64,000 nt of DNA from NCBI GenBank assembly GCA_963805625.1, contig CAWDVE010000010.1, forward strand, positions 1,056,001 to 1,120,000, written 5' to 3'. This document shows, piece after piece, positions 58,838-64,000 of the stretch; position 1 is the stretch's first letter, and each line of letters begins with the position of its first letter. The notes under the pieces were generated by a model, which had not been told where the DNA came from, did not search any database, and was given only the letters and a program-made list of their open reading frames with translations. Source of the DNA: an uncultured Candidatus Rokubacteria bacterium (lineage in GTDB: Bacteria; Methylomirabilota; Methylomirabilia; Rokubacteriales; DASRDR01). The translations under genes and the position numbers were made by a program.

Positions 58838-59872
58838 TCAGATCGCCCGGAGCCAGGTGTCCGAGAGCGTGTACCCCTCCGGGAACGGATCCTCGGGGTC
58901 GCAGCCGTACTGCCCGATGTCGGTGACCCATCCCCGGCCCGCGACGGTCGTGATCACGGCCGGCTTCCGTCCGACGCGGGTCGTGCCGACGATCTCGGCC
59001 AGGAAGTGACTGCCGATGACGGACTCATGGTCGAACGGCTGCCCCTTGCGGATCTGCCGCCGGGCGTGCATCACGGCCAGCCGGGCGGACGTTCCCGTCC
59101 CGCAGGGCGAGCGGTCCAGCCGGCCCGGCGAGACGACGACCGTGTTCCGCGCCGTCAGGCCACGGCCCTTGCGGCGGAGGGGCCCCATGAACTCGGTGAT
59201 CGTCACGTCCCGGATCTTCGGATTCTCGGGGTGCACGACCCGGAGCTGCTCGCGCGCGGCCTCCCGGATCTTCTCGCCCAGGCCGCAGATGTCACGCGCC
59301 TCGTCCGGCGTGATCCCGAACCCGAGCCGCGCGGCGTCGACGAGCGCGTAGTGCATCCCGCCGTACGCCACGTCCATCGTGACGGTGCCGATGCCATCGA
59401 CCTCGACCATGGCATCGAGGTGCTGGACGAAGGCCGGAACGTTGCGGAACTTCACCTGGAGGACCCGGCCTCCCTCGCAGCGGCAGGTCACCTCGATGAG
59501 CCCCGCCGGAGCTTCGAGGGTGAGCCGCGTCTCCGGCTCCCGCATCGGGAGGATGCCCGTCTCCAGGATCGCGGTCACCGTGCAGATCGTGTTGGAGCCT
59601 GACATCGGCGGATACTCCGTCGACTCCATGATGACGTACCCCAGCGCCGCCTTCGGGTTGCGAGAGGGCAGGATGAGGTTGGCGCTGTGGACGGCCGCGC
59701 CGCGAGGCTCGTAGAGGAGGAACTTCCGCAACCCGTCGTCGTGATGCACCAGCCACTGCATCTTGTCGAACATGGTCCGGCCGGGAACGTCGATGACGCC
59801 GCCCGTCACGACCTTGGCGTACTCCCCCTCCGCGTGTACCCCGACCACGGTCAACGTCCGCTTCCAGCGCAT
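58838..59872 (-). CDS. Proline racemase family protein (Ser/Cys active-site pair)
   Basis: HAEGE, EPRG, MSGSNTIC, DVAYGG, DRSPCGTG motifs. Confidence 0.92.
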   Translation of the reverse strand: MRWKRTLTVVGVHAEGEYAKVVTGGVIDVPGRTMFDKMQWLVHHDDGLRKFLLYEPRGAAVHSANLILPSRNPKAALGYVIMESTEYPPMSGSNTICTVTAILETGILPMREPETRLTLEAPAGLIEVTCRCEGGRVLQVKFRNVPAFVQHLDAMVEVDGIGTVTMDVAYGGMHYALVDAARLGFGITPDEARDICGLGEKIREAAREQLRVVHPENPKIRDVTITEFMGPLRRKGRGLTARNTVVVSPGRLDRSPCGTGTSARLAVMHARRQIRKGQPFDHESVIGSHFLAEIVGTTRVGRKPAVITTVAGRGWVTDIGQYGCDPEDPFPEGYTLSDTWLRAI

Positions 59873-60047
59873 GAACCCTCCTCGCGCATGTGTGCGCGCG
59901 CTCCGGTCTAGCAGAAGCGCCGCTCCCGCTCAACCCCCTCGGTCAAGGCTTGTCGCCAGCATTCGAGACTCCTATGATGCGGTTCGTGCACCATCGGAAG
60001 CTCCCGGGTGGGGGGCCAGCCCGCTGGGCGCCCTCTCGCGCCGCCTG

Positions 60048-62198
60048 ATGGTGCGGGCCGGTCTCCTCCTCCTCGTCCTGCTGCTGGCCCTGCCGTCGGC
60101 CAACTACCAGATCTTCGACGGCCTCCCGCTCTCGCGCGCACCCGAGTTCCTCGGATTGGCGCTCCTGATCCCGCTCCTCGTCAGCCGTGGGCTCCGCCGC
60201 CTCCACGGGCGCTGGATCGGGCGATGGCCGCGGACCGTCCAGGTGGCGCTGGTCGCCGCCGCCGTCGGCGCCCTCGGCCTGAAGGTCGTCCTGCTGGCCT
60301 CCGGCACTCACCAGGGCTTTCTCGCGTGCTACCGGTCGCCTCTCGAGGCGCCGTCCACCGGCCCTTGCGAGCGGTCGTTCGAGAGTCCGTTCTTTCGCTT
60401 CTCCGTCACGCGCCTCGACCGCACCATCGACTTCGGCGAACACGACTGGGACCTTGGCTTCCTGAACACCGTTCGCTTCGACCGCCACTACGAAGGGCTC
60501 GGGGGTCGGCTGCGCCAGCGCCTTCCGATCGAAGCGTTGTGGCGAGGCGCCGTGCAACGGCCGGAGCCCTGGGTCGCACGCATCACCTACGTGGGCGAGG
60601 CAACCATTCTCCTCGACCCCGATGGCCCCGCGGCGAACCGCACCTCCACCACGCTGCCCCCGCACTACGGCACCCCGGCAGTGATCTTCGTGCCGGTACC
60701 CGGGGGTCAGCACGCCGTCTGGGTCGACTACCGCTTCGACGACGACTCGACCTGGGGCGGCCCCCCGCCGGTGGGCGCCTGGGCCACCTTCCAGATGGAG
60801 CGAGGCCGGGGTCCGGGCGGCCGTGAGCCCGGAGCGCCGGTCACCCCGATCCGACCAGCGTGGCCGTGGCGAGCGGCGGCGGCGGCGGGCGACGCGGCCA
60901 CCGCCGCCCTCGCGATCTCCGTCCTGCTCTTCTACCTCGGCCTCCTGTGGCGCGACGCGTGGCTGCTGGCACTGGTCGGCGGAGCGACACCGCTGGCCGA
61001 CCGATTCGACCCCGCGGGGCTCCAGCTCTCGAGCAGTTTGGGGCTCTGCTTCGTGCTCGCGCTGGTCGCCGGCCCCGTGCTAGGACGGCGCTGGCGCCGG
61101 CGGCTCGTGGGAGCCTTCTTCGCGACCCTCTACGTCACGTGGTTCGTCACCCTGCGGACGTTCCGACGCCTCGACGTCGTCACGCTTCGGGAGTGGGCGG
61201 GCGATCCTCTCTTCTACGAGTCCCAGGCTCGCTCGATCCTGGACACGTGGTCGCTCGAGGGCGGGGAGCGCATCTTCGTCTACCAGCCACTGTTCCGGTA
61301 CATCCGGTTCGCGGAGCGGCTGGTCCTCGGCGAGGGCGACGGGCTCGTCAGCATCCTCGCGCTCGCGGCGCTCTACTGGGGGCTCTGCTGGGCGTTCGCC
61401 CGTCTCTGGGCCCGCCCCCGAGCCGACGGACCACGGATGATCGTGTTCGGAGGAGCGGCCCTCCTGATGCTCGCGCTTGCCAGCACTCCGCCCGTCGTGT
61501 TCTTCGTCCAGGCGAGCCTGTCCGAGTACCCGACGTGGAGCTTCCTCGCCCTGCTGTTTCCGATGCTCGTCGTCAGCCGCTCGCCGGTCCAATGGCGCGC
61601 GGGAGCCATGCTGGCAAGTCTCTCGCTTCTGACTCGATCGAACCAGGCTCCTGCCGTGCTCGCCCAGCTCGGCGTCTTTGCCTGGCGCACCTTGAGGCTC
61701 AGGCCCCGCGCCACGCTGGGCGCCCTGACTCTCGCCGTGCTAATCCTCTCGCTTCCCGCCTGGCACAACCTCTACTACGGCGGGCAGCTGGCGCTGACCG
61801 GCAAAAGCCAGCCGCACCTTCTCAGGCTCTCGCCCGCGACGTGGCCCCGGATACTCGACGACGCGGCCGTCCTGAGGAAGGCGCTCAACCAGCTGGACCA
61901 CGTCTTCTACATCAATCCCGTCCACGACCCGCCGCCTCGTGGCGACGAGCTCTCCCGGACCGCCATGCGGGGCCTCCAGGTCCTCTGGGCGGCGACCTGC
62001 GTCCTCGCGCTCCGGCGACAGGGCTTCGCGCGGGGCACGAAGTTCTTGCTCGTCGGCCTTCCGCTGCTCTACCTCGGGGTGCATCTCATCTACGTCGTGG
62101 ACGACTACTACCCCCGCCATATCATCGCCGGCCACCTCGCCATGGGTCTTGTCACGCTGAACGCGGTAGGACGAGGGTGGCCGCGGCGCCCCGCCTGA
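60048..62198 (+). CDS. Polytopic membrane protein, GT-C glycosyltransferase-like, with an extracytoplasmic beta domain
   Basis: Many TM segments; GDP..YE...R.I, YQP..RY, LSEY, R.NQ, YYPRH motifs; soluble domain of about 190 aa near the N-terminus. Confidence 0.6.
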   Translation: MVRAGLLLLVLLLALPSANYQIFDGLPLSRAPEFLGLALLIPLLVSRGLRRLHGRWIGRWPRTVQVALVAAAVGALGLKVVLLASGTHQGFLACYRSPLEAPSTGPCERSFESPFFRFSVTRLDRTIDFGEHDWDLGFLNTVRFDRHYEGLGGRLRQRLPIEALWRGAVQRPEPWVARITYVGEATILLDPDGPAANRTSTTLPPHYGTPAVIFVPVPGGQHAVWVDYRFDDDSTWGGPPPVGAWATFQMERGRGPGGREPGAPVTPIRPAWPWRAAAAAGDAATAALAISVLLFYLGLLWRDAWLLALVGGATPLADRFDPAGLQLSSSLGLCFVLALVAGPVLGRRWRRRLVGAFFATLYVTWFVTLRTFRRLDVVTLREWAGDPLFYESQARSILDTWSLEGGERIFVYQPLFRYIRFAERLVLGEGDGLVSILALAALYWGLCWAFARLWARPRADGPRMIVFGGAALLMLALASTPPVVFFVQASLSEYPTWSFLALLFPMLVVSRSPVQWRAGAMLASLSLLTRSNQAPAVLAQLGVFAWRTLRLRPRATLGALTLAVLILSLPAWHNLYYGGQLALTGKSQPHLLRLSPATWPRILDDAAVLRKALNQLDHVFYINPVHDPPPRGDELSRTAMRGLQVLWAATCVLALRRQGFARGTKFLLVGLPLLYLGVHLIYVVDDYYPRHIIAGHLAMGLVTLNAVGRGWPRRPA

Positions 62199-62221
62199 TC
62201 GCGCGCGCCAAGCGCCTTTCG

Positions 62222-64000
62222 TCAGGTCCGGTCGGCGCGCCGCACGTCCAGGAAGGTGCTCTGGTAGGTCGCGCCCCCGCCGAGGTCGCTCAGCCGGTCC
62301 CCGCAGAGGAGGTTGATGGTCCCCGACAGCGCCTCGCCCACCGGCCGCTGCCCGGGGACCAGCACGACTCCCGGCGCGACCTCGTCGGAGACCCGGAGAC
62401 GCATGCCCACCGTGCCGAGATCGTTGAAGAGTTCGACCCCGTCACCCGGCTGGAGCCCGCGCCGCCCCGCCTCGACGGGGTGGAGGATCACGACCGGCAC
62501 GCCTTCGCGACGCCGGAGGGCGTGGTTACCCGTGAACGCCGTGTGGCTCTGAAAGTACCCGGGTGCCGTGAGCAGGCGCAGCGGCCACCGCTGGCCGAGC
62601 GCCGTCTCCTCGGCGTCCTCATGCCAGTCGGGCATGGGTGACAGCCCCTCGGCCGCGAGGGCCTCCGAGTAGAACTCGAGCTTTCCCGACGGCGTCCGGA
62701 ATCGCTGACCGTGCGGATAGGGGTCGATCTTGACCGGGCCGGCGTTCCGGAGCACGTCGGGATCGAGGCTCGCCGCCGGCCCCGTCGCGCCGACGAAGGC
62801 CGCGCGGACCAATTCCGGCGTGGTCATCGAAAACACCGCGTCGCCAACCCCGAGCCGACGGGCCAGCTCCTGAGCAAGCCTCACGTTGGACCACGCCTCG
62901 CCCTGAGCCGGCACCGCCTGCGGGGCGAACTGCACGTAGTAGGCCCCGTACGCCCGGAAGAGGTCCTCGGTCTCGAGATACGTCGTCGCCGGCAGCACCA
63001 GATCGGCGTAGCGAGCGGTGTCGGTGAGGAACGGGTCGTGAACGACCGTGAAGAGGTCCTTGCGCATGAGCCCCCGGCGGACGGTCGCGGCGTCTGGGCA
63101 CGTGACGGCCGGGTTGTTGGCCGAGACGAAGAGGGCCCGGATCGGCGGGTCGCTCAGCTCGAGGAGCGCCTGCCCCAGCCGTGAGTGGTTGACCAGCCGC
63201 GTCGCGGCAGGCCCCGACGGCCGGCGCACCGCCTCGAACGAGAAGCCGAAGCCACCGACGGTCGCCAGCAACGCGCCGCCACCGGGCTTCCCGTAGGCGC
63301 CGACGACGGCGGGCAGACACGCGACCGCCCGCACGCCCTGCCCACCCTGGCTGCTCCGGGACATCCCGAACCCGATCCGGATGTACGGCGCCCGCGCGCG
63401 GCCGTAGAGATGGGCGAGGCGCTCGACGTCGGCGTGCGGCAGCCCGGTGATCGTGGCGACCCGATCCGGGCCGAATCGGGGCAGGACGTCCCGCTCGAGC
63501 CGGTCGAACCCGACCGTCTCACGCGCGAGGTAGTCCCGGTCCGCCAGCCCGTCCCGAACGAGCACGTGCATGAGGCCGAGGGCGAGCGCGGCGTCGGTGC
63601 CGATCCGCGGGGCGACGTGCCAGTCGGCCTGGGCCGCCGTGCGGCTCCGCCGGGGATCGATGACCACGAGCTGCGCTCCCCGCGCCCGAGCTTCCTCGGT
63701 CTTCGCCCACGCGTGGACCGCCGTTGTGACTAGGTCGGCGCTCCAGGAGATGATCAGATCCGAGTGGACCATCGCCTCCGGGTCCGCCCCTCCCACCGGC
63801 CCGCACGTCATCTCCCAGGCAACGTCGGCACACGTGTCGCAGATCGTCCCGGCCTGGAGGCGAGTGGTGCCGAGGGCGTGGAATAGGGCCATCGGCACCC
63901 AGCGGTTGAACTGACCCTGGTGCGCGCTGTAGCAATAGCCGAGGATCCCGAGCGGCCCGTCCTCGCGGCGGATGGCCAGCCAGCGCTCCACCAGCTCGGC
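62222..64000 (-). CDS. Molybdopterin-dependent oxidoreductase (partial, starts beyond the window)
   Basis: IDPRRSRTA, GTD.ALA, NPAV..P, DPFLTDTARYAD.VLPA, TPSGK.EF motifs and C-terminal dinucleotide-binding domain. Confidence 0.9.
   Translation of the reverse strand, partial: AELVERWLAIRREDGPLGILGYCYSAHQGQFNRWVPMALFHALGTTRLQAGTICDTCADVAWEMTCGPVGGADPEAMVHSDLIISWSADLVTTAVHAWAKTEEARARGAQLVVIDPRRSRTAAQADWHVAPRIGTDAALALGLMHVLVRDGLADRDYLARETVGFDRLERDVLPRFGPDRVATITGLPHADVERLAHLYGRARAPYIRIGFGMSRSSQGGQGVRAVACLPAVVGAYGKPGGGALLATVGGFGFSFEAVRRPSGPAATRLVNHSRLGQALLELSDPPIRALFVSANNPAVTCPDAATVRRGLMRKDLFTVVHDPFLTDTARYADLVLPATTYLETEDLFRAYGAYYVQFAPQAVPAQGEAWSNVRLAQELARRLGVGDAVFSMTTPELVRAAFVGATGPAASLDPDVLRNAGPVKIDPYPHGQRFRTPSGKLEFYSEALAAEGLSPMPDWHEDAEETALGQRWPLRLLTAPGYFQSHTAFTGNHALRRREGVPVVILHPVEAGRRGLQPGDGVELFNDLGTVGMRLRVSDEVAPGVVLVPGQRPVGEALSGTINLLCGDRLSDLGGGATYQSTFLDVRRADRT

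Overview
GC-rich bacterial window. Gene content and the GGGGTCAGAC-type palindromic repeats are consistent with a Ca. Rokubacteria/Methylomirabilota-like genome, which is an inference. Most of it is accessory metabolism: hydroxyacid dehydrogenases, a MoxR-DUF58-TgpA triad, PdxY, a polyamine-type ABC transporter, acyl-CoA dehydrogenases, a PAS-GGDEF-EAL protein, LhgO, a GcvT-like oxidoreductase, a proline-racemase-family enzyme and a partial molybdopterin oxidoreductase. Many gene remnants are scattered among these, several collapsed to N-terminus plus C-terminus. The standout is a roughly 9 kb, visibly lower-GC, minus-strand operon (about 18.9-26.9 kb) behind a near-consensus sigma70 promoter. 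It encodes a zinc-ribbon/class III cyclase/ATPase/TPR protein, YcaO, TfuA with a C-terminal extension, a cytoplasmic gluzincin metallopeptidase and a 176-aa protein ending in tandem RSQEQF repeats. This is a candidate signal-coupled thioamidation system acting on a protein-sized precursor. Directly downstream, a roughly 500-bp phage head-gene fragment (DUF2190-like cement protein) sits between two roughly 190-bp direct repeats. Also notable are a candidate RAPP-like arrest-peptide uORF before UPF0182 and REP-like hairpins that supply gene stop codons. No rRNA, tRNA or CRISPR array was seen. All family calls come from motif recognition by eye, not from database searches.
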